Assembly (NCBI GenBank): GCA_025594325.1
Contig: JANHCV010000015.1
Coordinates: forward strand, 62,001-126,000
Reading direction: 5' to 3'
DNA length: 64,000 bases
Source: Blastocladiella emersonii ATCC 22665
Lineage: Eukaryota > Fungi > Blastocladiomycota
This document shows positions 35,334 to 46,000 of this stretch, piece by piece. How positions within the stretch are numbered: position 1 is the first letter of the stretch; each line of letters begins with the position of its first letter. A model generated the notes under the pieces. The model saw only the letters and a program-made list of their open reading frames with translations, did no database searches and was not told the origin of the DNA. The position numbers and the translations under genes were made by a program.

Positions 35334-35648
35334 ATGCGCGCTTCCAAGATCGTCCTCGCCCTCGCCGCCATCGTCGCCTTCGCCACCACCTCGGCCCTCG
35401 CCGCCCCGACCTCGGCCACTCCCGCGACCACCGTCAGTGACAACGACGTTGCCAGTACGCGTCGCTCTCCTCTCCCGACCGCTCCCTCCTCACGCGTCAC
35501 CCACACCCGCTCTCCCGCCTCCCCAGACCCGCTCGAGCTGTGCGACCTCGCCAAGTGCTACAAGGCGTGCGCGCCGCAGTGCAAGCAGGGCCACGACCAG
35601 TGCCTCGAGTGCCGCGACCTCTGCGATGAGCGCTGCGGCGGCATGTAA
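35334..35648 (+). CDS. Small secreted Cys-rich peptide 1 (8 Cys)
   Basis: Signal peptide MRASKIVLALAAIVAFATTSALA; phase-1 intron 35455-35526; CDLAKCYKACAPQCKQGHDQCLECRDLCDERC. Confidence 0.8.
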   Translation: MRASKIVLALAAIVAFATTSALAAPTSATPATTVSDNDVASTRRSPLPTAPSSRVTHTRSPASPDPLELCDLAKCYKACAPQCKQGHDQCLECRDLCDERCGGM

Positions 35649-35988
35649 CACGATCTCGACGGCGACCACGCGCCAACGGCGGCGCCAAGGCCGGCGGCAC
35701 GCCCAGATGGAGGAGAGAGACCGGTTTTGCATACAGAATACACGATCCATACAGTTTTGCTTCCCTTTCTCGACTTCACCTTGTCCTCGACGTCTTCGTC
35801 CTGAGCACGCGCTTCTTCCTGGCCCACGCCGACGGCAACCTCAGGTGGCGTGCATGGTCCGCCCGCTCGCGACGCCGTGGCCGCGTGGCGCAGCGTTGGG
35901 GGGAGGTGGCGCTTCGCGTGCACGCGCACGCCCGCCTCAGCGACGATCCTGCGCGTGCGCGATGGCCGTTGAGGAAGGTCGGAACTAG

Positions 35989-35995
35989 TATAAAA
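35989..35995 (+). promoter_or_regulatory. TATA box candidate
   Basis: TATAAAA 68 nt upstream of the ATG at 36057, in GC-rich context. Confidence 0.55.
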
Positions 35996-36056
35996 GCGGC
36001 CCTGCGTCGAACACGACGCTCTCGCTCTCCATCCTCGAAGAAGTCCATCATCGACC

Positions 36057-36363
36057 ATGCGTGCCGCTGTCCTCCTCCTCGCCATCATCCTCGCCCTCGT
36101 CGCGCTGGTCCGTGCCGCTCCGGCTGCCCACGTCGACGAGATCCACGCCCACGTCGCTGCTCGTACGCGTCCCCTTCAAATCTTTGATTGACCGTGAACT
36201 GACGCGGCAGTGCACGCGCCTAGGCTCGCCGCAGGACTTTTGGGAGGTGGACGAGAAGTGCGCGGCGCGTCTGATCAAGGACCGGTGCCCCGAGTGCAAG
36301 ATCGTCATGAACCGCGAGTGCCGCGAGTGTGTCGAGGACTGCCGCTACGAGTGCCGCATCTGA
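36057..36363 (+). CDS. Small secreted Cys-rich peptide 2 (7 Cys)
   Basis: Signal peptide MRAAVLLLAIILALVALVRA; phase-1 intron 36163-36223; FWEVDEKCAARLIKDRCPECKIVMNRECRECVEDCRYECRI. Confidence 0.8.
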
Positions 36364-36880
36364 GCTGCGAGAAGAGCTAGAGAGTTAATAGAGACCGTTG
36401 CATGAACTAGCCCTCGTCGTCGTCGTGATGGCTGCGTGATCCCGCCGCCGTGAGTTGGCCGAGTGCTCTCGCCTCGTCGTCGAGATCGTTGCACCCACTC
36501 CTCGCTCCTTCAGTAAACGACCGGGAAGCGTGTCTGTCGAGGGCGAGCTCGGAGCATGAGCGGCGACGGTGGCGAAGCCAACTTCCGACCCGCGCGCGCG
36601 CATGCGTGGCCCACGCGGCGCCGCGCGGCGCCACACACGCACGCGCCTAACTTCGCCCTTCGCTTTTCGCCCTCACCTGGCCCGCTTGCTCTCGCTCGCG
36701 CGCGCGTGCACGCTTCCGCCCGCCCACCACGCCGCGCTCGCCATCGTTGTTCTCTTGCATCGGCACCGCGGAGACCACGTCAGGGGCGCGAGCGTTCGCT
36801 CGAGTTCAAGACCGGCGCTGCGTGGGCGAGGTCAACGCCCTCTCCTCTTCCTCGTCCTCCGCACCGCCAACGAACGAACG

Positions 36881-37183
36881 ATGCGCGCCGCGATCCTCGT
36901 CCTCGCCCTCCTCGCGCTCGCGCTCGCTGCCGCGCTCGTGCCCGCGCACGCCGCCCCGGTGCCCCAAGCCCAGGTCCGCGTCAGCGTGACCGTCGTCGGT
37001 ACGCGAGGAATTCGGTGCTCGCGCGCGCGAGGTTCATGCAGGGGCCACCCGTTGACGACTTGCGCGCGCGGATCCTCGCGTGTAGACTCGCAGCAGCCGG
37101 CAGCGAACCAGCAGACCAACCAGCAGCCGACGCCGGCCGCGGCGGAGAGCCACGTCTTCCACGCCTCTGCCATGTCGCTCTAA
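36881..37183 (+). CDS. Small secreted Gln/Ala-rich peptide (no Cys)
   Basis: Signal peptide MRAAILVLALLALALAAALVPAHA; phase-1 intron 36999-37085; DSQQPAANQQTNQQPTPAAAESHVFHASAMSL. Confidence 0.65.
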   Translation: MRAAILVLALLALALAAALVPAHAAPVPQAQVRVSVTVVGTRGIRCSRARGSCRGHPLTTCARGSSRVDSQQPAANQQTNQQPTPAAAESHVFHASAMSL

Positions 37184-37592
37184 GCCTCCGTTCCAAGTAC
37201 CAAGGCGTCTGCGAGCGACGCGGGACGTGGGTCGTGTGTGAATGAAACGCGTTGCGTGAACCCGACACCTGATCGTATCACTGATCGCCTTCCCCCCTGA
37301 AGCGAGTGAACCACCAACGTCCGACGCTCTCCACCCGACCGAAACGAGAGCGAGAGCCGGGAGGAGGTGGCGGCGACAGGATCGTGCACGAGGGTCCGGC
37401 GGAACACGGCGGCGCAGCGCGGCGAGTGGACTGCGGCCTTGAAATTAGTGTGGCACCGCGTGGGCCACCACGAAACCTAACTCGAAAACAACGGCCGCGC
37501 TGTGCACTGCTCGACGAACGCGATGTCGGCGAGGAAGAAGAGCTGAGGACAATCCCCGGCGGGGACCTGCTCTCTCCCGCTCACGTAGCGCT

Positions 37593-37914
37593 ATGCAACT
37601 CGAACGCTTCGTTCTCGCCCTCGCGCTCGGCCTCGCCGTCGCCATCACTCCCGTGACGCCGAAGGGTGGCGCGGCTGTGGTCGTGCCGGCACCGAAGCCG
37701 GTGGTCCACGACGATACCGTCTTCAGTACGCTCTCCAATCGCCGCGACGTGATGCTAGACACTCACATACGAGTCCCGGGCTGCAGAGTTCGACGAAGTC
37801 GACGACAAGTGCGCCATGAAGTGCATCACCGGCCGGTGCGCGACCCCCTGCCGGGAGGACCTGTGGGACTGCCGCAGATGCAGAGAAGACTGCCGGTGGG
37901 AGTGCCGGTACTAG
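37593..37914 (+). CDS. Small secreted Cys-rich peptide 3 (8 Cys), paralog of peptide 2
   Basis: Signal-like MQLERFVLALALGLAVA; phase-1 intron 37726-37786; FDEVDDKCAMKCITGRCATPCREDLWDCRRCREDCRWECRY. Confidence 0.8.
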
Positions 37915-38093
37915 ACCTGTGTAGTAGTTTATAGATATGTAGACGCGTTGTTCATGTCAGTCGTGAAACACCTCAACGAGCGGACCGATCGCGGTCGCGA
38001 GACTGGCGCGTGGGCGTGCAATCGTGTGTGTGTATGAGTGAATGATGGGGGTTACATGAGGATGTGAGTGGGAGGGAGAGCGACGACAAACAC

Positions 38094-39089
38094 CTAGTTC
38101 TCGCCGCGGCGGTAGTGGTCGCGCGCGCGGCGGTGCGGCCGGCGACCGCGCGGCGGTTTCGGCTGCGGCTTGGGCTGCGGCGCGACGGGCACGGGCGCCG
38201 GCGCCGGGGCGGGCGTCTCCTTGACCTCGGGCGGCGTCGGGTCGGGGATCGACGTGATGGTCGGGGCGGGGCCCGCGGTCGACGTGGCCGCCGGAGGCGG
38301 CGGGTTGGACGCGGCGCCGCCGCCGTTGGCGGCGAGGCACTGCGCGAGCTCGCCCGGGATCCCGTCCTTGTACGTGGACCGGCACCCGTCGGGACGGCAC
38401 GTCATGGCGAAGCCGGTGCCGAAATACTTGCACACGCCCTTGGACGCGGGGTTGTGCGCGTCGCCGGGGATGAACTTGGGGCACGCCGGCCGCGACGACG
38501 GGTCCACGGTCACCCCGCCCGTCAGCGTGAAGTCGGACATCATGTAATAATCTGTCTGCCCACGGCGGGTATCCGCGAAAAATGATGCGGCGCCGTAGAC
38601 GGACCAGAAGAGCGAGTAACGGCCGTCGGGGAGGTACGCCGGGATGGTCACCGAGGTCGAGCAGATGTTGGTATCCTCGGGCACGCCGTCGCCGTCGCCG
38701 CCCAGCGGGTCGTCCGGGTACCCGGACTTGCACGTGGCCTCGTGGCACGAGAACTGCACAATGTTCTTGTTGATGTTGTCGAGCGTCTCGGCCGACCCGA
38801 ACGGGATGATGGCCAGCTTGATGAACCCCGCCGGGTGGTTGTTCCGCGGCCACCGCACCTCGACCGCCTGGCCGCGCCGGAACGTGCTCGTCGCCGCGTT
38901 CGCCGCCGACGCGTCCCACCCGCCGAACGGACAGTCGCCGTCCGTGAAGGCGCCGCAGAAACCCGGGTTGCGCGGCGGAGGCGACAGCAGCCGGAAGTGC
39001 GCGTCGGCCGTCGTCGCCGTCAGCGCGAGCACGAGCGCGAGCAGGGCGAGGAGAGCCGCGCGACGCGAGGAGCGGGTTGTTGATGTCAT
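38094..39089 (-). CDS. Secreted protein with N-terminal His after the signal peptide (LPMO/copper histidine-brace-like) and Pro-rich tail
   Basis: ...ALTATTADA|HFRLLSPPPR; second His in VRWPRNNHPAGF; paired Cys; LPDGRYSLFWSVYG; Pro/Ala/Thr linker. Confidence 0.7.
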   Translation of the reverse strand: MTSTTRSSRRAALLALLALVLALTATTADAHFRLLSPPPRNPGFCGAFTDGDCPFGGWDASAANAATSTFRRGQAVEVRWPRNNHPAGFIKLAIIPFGSAETLDNINKNIVQFSCHEATCKSGYPDDPLGGDGDGVPEDTNICSTSVTIPAYLPDGRYSLFWSVYGAASFFADTRRGQTDYYMMSDFTLTGGVTVDPSSRPACPKFIPGDAHNPASKGVCKYFGTGFAMTCRPDGCRSTYKDGIPGELAQCLAANGGGAASNPPPPAATSTAGPAPTITSIPDPTPPEVKETPAPAPAPVPVAPQPKPQPKPPRGRRPHRRARDHYRRGEN

Positions 39090-39548
39090 GGTGTCGTTGG
39101 TGGATGAGCAAGGGATGTGCGAGGAGATGTGCGAGTTGGCGCGTGGCGCAGAGGCCGGTGGTGGTGGATGAGTGTCTAGCTACGTGGGACTCGCTCTGCG
39201 AGGTGTATCGGATGAAGATTCGAGAGGAGGGGGATGAGCGGGGCCGCCGCCGCCTTTTGTAGCGGCGGCCGACGCAGCCGCGCAGGACCTGTCCGCTCAG
39301 CCGTAACAAGCTCGAGGGGACACGAGGAAGGGAAGGGGGAAGAAGAAAGCCTGTAAGGCGAGGAGGGAGACGCGTCGCGCGCCGAGTCACGCGCGCGCGC
39401 AGGTGCGAGACGCGTCGCGGGAGACGCACGCGCCGGTCACGCGACCCGCGGCGGCCTCTTCCGCGCCGCCGACCTCCGCCCCCTACCTTCTCTCTCCCCT
39501 CCACGCACCAGCGTATATGCATACATTCACATGAACTAGACGAACACC

Positions 39549-41648
39549 ATGGAGCCCACCCTCCCGACCTATCGGCCCGCTGCTGGCCGGTTCACCAACG
39601 ACGACGGCGCGTCCCTGCTCCCGCGCAGCAACCCTCGCCGCAACAGCTCCATCAGCTCGAGTGGCAGCAGCGACGATGACGACAAGAGCTCCAAGAAGCA
39701 CGCGCGCCCCGACGACCAGCAGCCCGCGCCCGCCATGCGCGCGCCGCGCTTCACCGCGGGCGTGCTGCTCGCGTCCGTCGCCCTCTTCGCCTACTTCATG
39801 CTCTTCCACGACGCCGACATGCTCACCAAGCTCGGTCTCGACAACTCGGGCGACCACCACCTCGAACCCAAGCACCTGACGCTCGTCCACAACGTGACCG
39901 TGCACACCATGGACGACTGGGGCTTTGTCGGCGCCGGGCTGGTCCTGCGCAAGGGACGCGTCGTGCGCGTCGTCCACGCTGCCAACGTGGCGCACTCGCG
40001 CCAGGCGCTCGCGAGCGCGGGCGCGAGGCTCGTCGACGGCCGGGGCGCGGTCGTCCTCCCGGGCCTCGTCGACTCGCACGGCCATCTCGTCGAGCAGGGG
40101 CTCGCGCAGTCGCGCCCCGAGCTCGTCCGCGCCAAGTCGCTCGAGGCGGTGCGCGCGCACCTGCACACGCACGCGATTGCGGCCAAAATGGCCGGTGTGC
40201 CGTTCAGCGACACGCGCTGGCTGCGCGGGCAGGGGTGGGACCATACCAAGTGGACCGACGCGGTCGACGGGCCCGGCGCGTTCCCGACCGCCGCGGACCT
40301 CGACGTCGACCCGGTCCTGCGCGAGATCCCGATCGTCCTCGCCCGCGTCGACGTGCACGGGTACCTGCTCAACCGCCGCGCCATCGAGCTGCTCGGCCCG
40401 CTCCCCGACACCGTGGTGGGCGGCGCCATCAAGCGCACGGCGTCGGGCGAGCCCGCGGGCGTGTTCCTCGACAACGCCATGGCGCTCGTCGACGGCGCGA
40501 TCCCGCCGCTCAAGCCCGCCGATATCCGCAACGCCGTCCGCAAGGCGCAGACGGCGCTGCTCGAGGCCGGGCTCGTCGGCATGCACAACGCCGGCACGCT
40601 GCCCGCCGAGCTCGCCGTGCTCGCGCAAATGGACCGCGAGCGGGACCTCCGCGTCCGCGTCTACGCCATGGCCCGCTGCCCGCAGCCCGCGCCCAAGGAG
40701 CACCTGCAGGTCGGGGCGCCGACGTTCTGCGCCGACCGGTTCGTCCGCGCCGCGCGCGAGGCGAACCTTACCGTGCCCACGGTCCTCGCGGACGACAACC
40801 ATGGCCGCCTGCCGCGCCTCGTCATGCGCAGCATCAAGATGTTCCTCGACGGCGCGCTGGGCTCGCACGGCGCCGCGCTCATCGAGCCGTACACGGACTC
40901 GCCCTCCGACAGCGGGATCGTGATCTGCTCGACGCGCGCGTGCCCGGAGCTCGCGCCCGTCGTCCGCCAGTGGCACGCTGCCGGGTGGCAGGTCAACATC
41001 CACGCGATCGGCGACCACGCCAACCGGCTCGCGATCGCCGCCCTCGAAAAGCTGCCCGCCGCCGCGCGCCCGCGCATCGAGCACGCGCAGATCGTCCACC
41101 CGGACGATATCCCGCGCCTCGCGCGCGCCGGGATCATCCCGTCGATGCAGCCCACGCACGCGACCTCGGACATGGCGTACGCGGCCAAGCGGCTCGGCGA
41201 CTCCCGGCTCCGCGGCGCGTACGCGTGGCAGTCGCTCCTGCGCGCCCGCGTCCCCGCGCTCGCGCTGGGCTCGGACTTCCCCGTCGAGCCCGTCGACCCG
41301 CTCAAGGGGATCTACGCGGCCGTCGCGCGCATGGACTACACCGGCGCGAGTCCCGCCGGCGAGGGCAAGCCGTGGATCGCGCACGAGGCCCTGACGCCGC
41401 ACCAGGCCGTCAAGGGGTTAACGCGCGACGCGGCGTTCGCCAGCTTCATGGACGCGCACGCCGGCGCGATCGTGCCCGACGCCGTCGCGGACTTTACGGT
41501 GCTCGACGCGGATATCCTGGCGGAGGGTGTCGCCGCGGACCCGGCGCGGATCTTGCGCGCCCGTGTCGTCGCGACGGTTGTTGATGGCAAGGCCGAGTAT
41601 GTCAACCGCGAGCACGCGATGGGCGGCGGGTGGGCTACGCTTGCTTAA
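39549..41648 (+). CDS. Amidohydrolase-3 (YtcJ-like) metallo-hydrolase with N-terminal TM anchor
   Basis: VLPGLVDSHGH, ARVDVHGYLLN, IKMFLDGALGSHGAAL, NIHAIGDHAN, RIEHAQ, SMQPTHA, GSDFPVE, ADFTVLD. Confidence 0.92.
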   Translation: MEPTLPTYRPAAGRFTNDDGASLLPRSNPRRNSSISSSGSSDDDDKSSKKHARPDDQQPAPAMRAPRFTAGVLLASVALFAYFMLFHDADMLTKLGLDNSGDHHLEPKHLTLVHNVTVHTMDDWGFVGAGLVLRKGRVVRVVHAANVAHSRQALASAGARLVDGRGAVVLPGLVDSHGHLVEQGLAQSRPELVRAKSLEAVRAHLHTHAIAAKMAGVPFSDTRWLRGQGWDHTKWTDAVDGPGAFPTAADLDVDPVLREIPIVLARVDVHGYLLNRRAIELLGPLPDTVVGGAIKRTASGEPAGVFLDNAMALVDGAIPPLKPADIRNAVRKAQTALLEAGLVGMHNAGTLPAELAVLAQMDRERDLRVRVYAMARCPQPAPKEHLQVGAPTFCADRFVRAAREANLTVPTVLADDNHGRLPRLVMRSIKMFLDGALGSHGAALIEPYTDSPSDSGIVICSTRACPELAPVVRQWHAAGWQVNIHAIGDHANRLAIAALEKLPAAARPRIEHAQIVHPDDIPRLARAGIIPSMQPTHATSDMAYAAKRLGDSRLRGAYAWQSLLRARVPALALGSDFPVEPVDPLKGIYAAVARMDYTGASPAGEGKPWIAHEALTPHQAVKGLTRDAAFASFMDAHAGAIVPDAVADFTVLDADILAEGVAADPARILRARVVATVVDGKAEYVNREHAMGGGWATLA

Positions 41649-43000
41649 GAATACATGTATTGATTGGGTTTCACCGCCTGTACTGCTGCCGTGGTCCCGT
41701 TCAGCGCGGCCGCCGCGCTCGCGAGCTTCTTCTCAACCATCGCCTTGACGAACGGCGCCCCCGCGCGCTCCGCGGCGCGCACCACGGCCTCGGCGCGGTA
41801 CGTCCCGAGCCGCGCATTCCTTGGCCGCGCCATGACCATCCCCGCCCACTGCGTGTGCCCGCGGTCGAGCATCGCGACGAGAACCAGGTCGCGGTCGCCG
41901 CCGTCACTCTCGCCCGTCGTCGCAAACACGCGGTCCGCGACCGCCAGCGCGTTCACGGCCACCGCGTCCGCGAGCGCCTGTAACATCGCCGGGTGCCGCC
42001 AAGAAGCGCGCACGAGTGGTTCGGTTATGATCTCGCGGTCGAACAGTGCGTACGGCAGCGGCTCGCCCCGCGGCGCGTACGCGGTCACGGCCTGCAGCAC
42101 GAGCTCGGCGTACGCGGCGCCCGCAGAGGAGGTTGGCGCGCACACAGGCGACGGGAGCGCGGCGAGGCGGGCGCGGAACTCGCGCAGGAGGACGGAGAAC
42201 GTGCGCTCGTCCCGCGCCAAGACCGACCACGACAGCCACGCGGCGACGGCGTGCGTCGGCGGCTGCGAGACCTCGCCGTCAGCGTCCCGGTTCGCGTTGA
42301 ACAGCGCGGCCAGCGGCTCTGCCGACTCGCCGCCCCACATGACGTACACGGTCGCAGTCGTCAGCCACCCGAGCCGCCCGTGCGCCGCGAACACGCGCGG
42401 CGCGTCGTCCCACCCGCTCACCGCGGCGCACAGCGCAGTCCACGCGGCCGACCCGACGCCGACGGGCACCTCCCAGAAGCTCGGGCACACGCGCTCGATG
42501 AGCAGCCGGACGACCGCCTTCGCGTCGTCGGGCCGCGCGGCCGCGTGTGGCGAGCGTAGCGCGTGGAGTACTGGCGCCGTCCGCCTCGCTTCCTCGCGCG
42601 CCAGCGCGTCGCGCGGGAGGTACAGGTGGCCGCAGCCCTCCTCCTCCTCTTCACCCAAGAGCACACGGACGAGCGGGACGTCGAGCGCCGCGGCCGCGAT
42701 CCGCAGCGCGTGCTGGTAGTTGTCGAGCTGCTTCCCCTTCGCTTCTTCATCCGCGGGCTGGCGCAGGAACGGGTGTGCGTCGCCGTGGCGAAACTCGCGG
42801 AGTACGCGCAGCAGGACGCGCGCGTTGCTACGCTGCATCGCCCACGCGTAGTGAAGCGGCGCGCGCTGAATAGCGTCGAGCGGGACGCCCGCGGCGAGCG
42901 CGCGCGATGCGCGGTGCATGCGCGCAACGTCTCGGAACGACAGGTACGCGGCGACGCCCGCGAGGGCGAGCGAGGGGAGGTCGTTGATGGTTGGTTTCAT
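41645..43000 (-). CDS. Hypothetical protein with F-box-like N-terminus
   Basis: 451-aa ORF with core-gene codon bias; INDLPSLALAGVAAYLSFRDVARMHRASRAL resembles an F-box. Confidence 0.6.
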   Translation of the reverse strand: MKPTINDLPSLALAGVAAYLSFRDVARMHRASRALAAGVPLDAIQRAPLHYAWAMQRSNARVLLRVLREFRHGDAHPFLRQPADEEAKGKQLDNYQHALRIAAAALDVPLVRVLLGEEEEEGCGHLYLPRDALAREEARRTAPVLHALRSPHAAARPDDAKAVVRLLIERVCPSFWEVPVGVGSAAWTALCAAVSGWDDAPRVFAAHGRLGWLTTATVYVMWGGESAEPLAALFNANRDADGEVSQPPTHAVAAWLSWSVLARDERTFSVLLREFRARLAALPSPVCAPTSSAGAAYAELVLQAVTAYAPRGEPLPYALFDREIITEPLVRASWRHPAMLQALADAVAVNALAVADRVFATTGESDGGDRDLVLVAMLDRGHTQWAGMVMARPRNARLGTYRAEAVVRAAERAGAPFVKAMVEKKLASAAAALNGTTAAVQAVKPNQYMYS

Positions 43001-43071
43001 GGAGTGTGCTAGTGAGATGTATCATGACAATGAAGAGACAAGGGAGAAGCGGATCAGACGCCGGCGGGCGC

Positions 43072-46000
43072 CTACAGGATGGCGTGCAGCTGGGCGAGCA
43101 CGTCGTCGACGGCGGGGGCGCGGCGGCTCGGGTTGAGCAGGAACGTCTCGAAGGCCGTGGTCAGCAGGCCGTGGAACTCGCGCAGGTGCGCCGCCGTCTT
43201 GGGCGGCAACCGCACCTTGGCCACGCCGTCGCGGTCGAGCGTCACGGTGCGCGCCAGGTAGTTGGTCGCCAGCGGGTACTGGCACCCGACCGCGAACGTC
43301 ACGAGCAGCGGGTGCACGTTGGTCGCGTCGAACACGAGCAGCTGCGTCGAGTGCAGGCTACATGAGGAACGGTTGTCAGTCAGCGGTCTGCCCTCCGTCC
43401 ATGGCACGCGAGAGAGAGCGTACCAGGTAAAGTAACAGTAGAACGGCGACAGCTCACGCGACGCCGTAGCCGCGGTCGCCGCCATGGCCGAGCTGACCTG
43501 GACGCCCGCGATCAGCAGGCCCGCCTCCTTGACCGACGCCAGGACCGCGGCCGCCGTCTCGCCGACGAAAATGGACCCCCCGTGCAGCGTAACCGTGCCG
43601 CGCGCGGACGTGAAGGCGCCCTCGTGCAGCTTCATGACGTTCGGGTACGCGGCCGCGAGCAGCGCGAGGTGCACGATGTCGAGGCACGAGTTGTGCTTGT
43701 TGCACGCGTCCCAGTCCAGGGGAAGCAGGGAGATGAGCTGGGTGCGCGTGTCGTCGACGATCGTGAGCGACTTGTAGTTGAGGCCGTGCCGCGTGCAGTA
43801 GGCCCGCGCCTTACTGGCGCCCTCCTTGCGCAGCTTGGTCTTCCACTCGGTGTAGATGTTGTAGTAGGTGAGCAGGTCGCTGCGCCCGTACAGCAGGTCG
43901 CGCGTGAGGCTGCCAGCCCCACCGCCGCCGCCGCCCTGCCAGTTGGTCGACTCGAACAGCTGCACCGAGGCGCTGAGGTACGCGGCGACGGTCACGGCCA
44001 CGTCGATGCACCCGTAGAAGGCGCCGAACGCGAGCAGCTTGCCGAGCTCGACGTCGAGCGGCATGAGCCCGAGGAACCGGCCGAGCGGCGTGAGCTCGCC
44101 GTCGTCGTCGAGCGCGCGTGTCGCCTTGAGCCGGTCAATCGCCGCGATGACGCGCGACGTCGGCGGCGGGTCGAGGAACGCGCGGAACGCATCGACAATG
44201 TCGGGCAGCCCGTACACCTTGATCTTGAGCGCGGTGCTCTCGAGCGCCATGCGCTGGATCTCGGGCACCTCGTACTCGGCCATGAGGTGGTCGTGCCGGT
44301 GCCGCGAGTACATGGCGAAATAGTAGCCCGCGCGCACGCGGCCCGCGCGGCCCTGCCGCTGCCGGCAGTTGGCCTGCGTGACAAACGACTCGCGCAGCCG
44401 CGTGACGTGCTTCTTCTCGTCGTACCGCGTGATCTTGGCCTTGCCCGAGTCGATCACGAACACGACGTCTGGGATCGTCACGCCCGTCTCGGCAATGTTG
44501 GTGCTGAGCACGATCTTGCGCATCCCGCGCAGCGGAGGGCGGAACACCTGCGCCTGCTGCGCCGGCGACAGCGAGCTGTGCAGCGGGAGCACCGACGCCC
44601 CCGGCACGTCCTTGAGCCGGTCGTAGAGCCGGCGAATCTCGCCGATACCGGGCAGGAACACGAGGATCGCGCCGAGGTCGCGCGGACCCGACGACAGGCG
44701 CGCGTCCCCGCTGGTGCTGTCGCCCTCGCCCTCGTCGTACGAGCCCTCCATGATGTGGTGGACGGTGCGCACGATCAGCTCGTAGTTGATGACGGTCGGG
44801 TCGAGCGCGCGGACCGCGGCCTTGACGGGGTGCGGGTACGCGGCGAGGTACGGCGACGTGTCCTCGGGGAACGTGGCGGGCTGCTCCTCCCAGTAGAACT
44901 GGGTGGCGCCCGTCATGGTCTTTTTCTTGACAACCCGCACATCGCGCAGGAACTCGTCCGACTGCGGCGTGTACCGCGTCGCCTCGATCACGTCCTCGAG
45001 GTACAGCCGGTCGACGGGGAACGTGCGGCCGGGGATCGCGAGCACGGGGCACCCGCCGAGGTACGCCGCGAACTCGGCGTCCTTCATGGTCGCCGACATG
45101 AGTACGACCTTGAGGTCGGGGCGCGCGTCCAGCAGCCGCTTGAGCATGACCAGCAGGAAATCGGAATCGAGCGACCGCTCGTGCACCTCGTCGAGGATGA
45201 CATGGCTGATCCCGTCGAGCACCGGGTCCGACTCGAGCCGCCGCAGCAGGATCCCCGTCGTGCAGAACACGAGCCGCGTGCGCGCCGACTGCTTGCTCTC
45301 GAGCTTGACGCTGTACCCGACCGTGTCGCCCACGCGCGCGTCGCCCCACTCCTTGGCCACACGCGTCGCGATCGACGTGGCTGAGATGCGCCGCGGCTGG
45401 CAGCAGAAGATCTGGCCCGCCTCGCCCGCCGCCACCACGTCCTCGAGCACGAACTGCGGAACCTGCGTTGATTTGCCCGAACCCGTCTCACCACTTACAA
45501 TGACGACGCGGTGGTTGCGCACGGCCGCGGCAACCTCGGCGCGGTACTCCCACACGGGCAGGGTTTCGCGCTGGCGCTGCAGCGCCGGGTCGCGCGTCGG
45601 AAGCGGCGTCGACGTGTTGACGTTGCGCCCGTTACCGGTGCGCGAGGCACTGGCCGTCGACGCGGTCGCGTCGGGGGCGGGGGTGCCCGAGCGGCTGTCC
45701 GAGCCTGCAGTCGCCTTCTTCGGGCCCATGGCGCCCTACACACATGAAAGGGACGGTGTAAGTTTTTGCGGACTGCTGAAAGAGACCAGTTCCGAAAAGT
45801 ACCTCGGCCTTGAACTGCGCGACGAGATCGACGAGGAACTGGACCATCTCGGAATCGACCTTGCGCTGGCCCTCCTCGGCCTGGCCCTTGTCGCGGGCCT
45901 CGACCTCGTTCCACACCTCGCGGTACGCGGGAGGGAGCATGCGGCCGAGCGGGCGGCCCTTGGAGATGAAGTAGAGGCCGATGGTGGCGGCGTAGTGCTC

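Noticed and set aside
39483-41402. 639-aa minus-strand ORF and a 449-aa alternate-frame ORF
   Set aside because: Shadows of the amidohydrolase, which has clear catalytic motifs.
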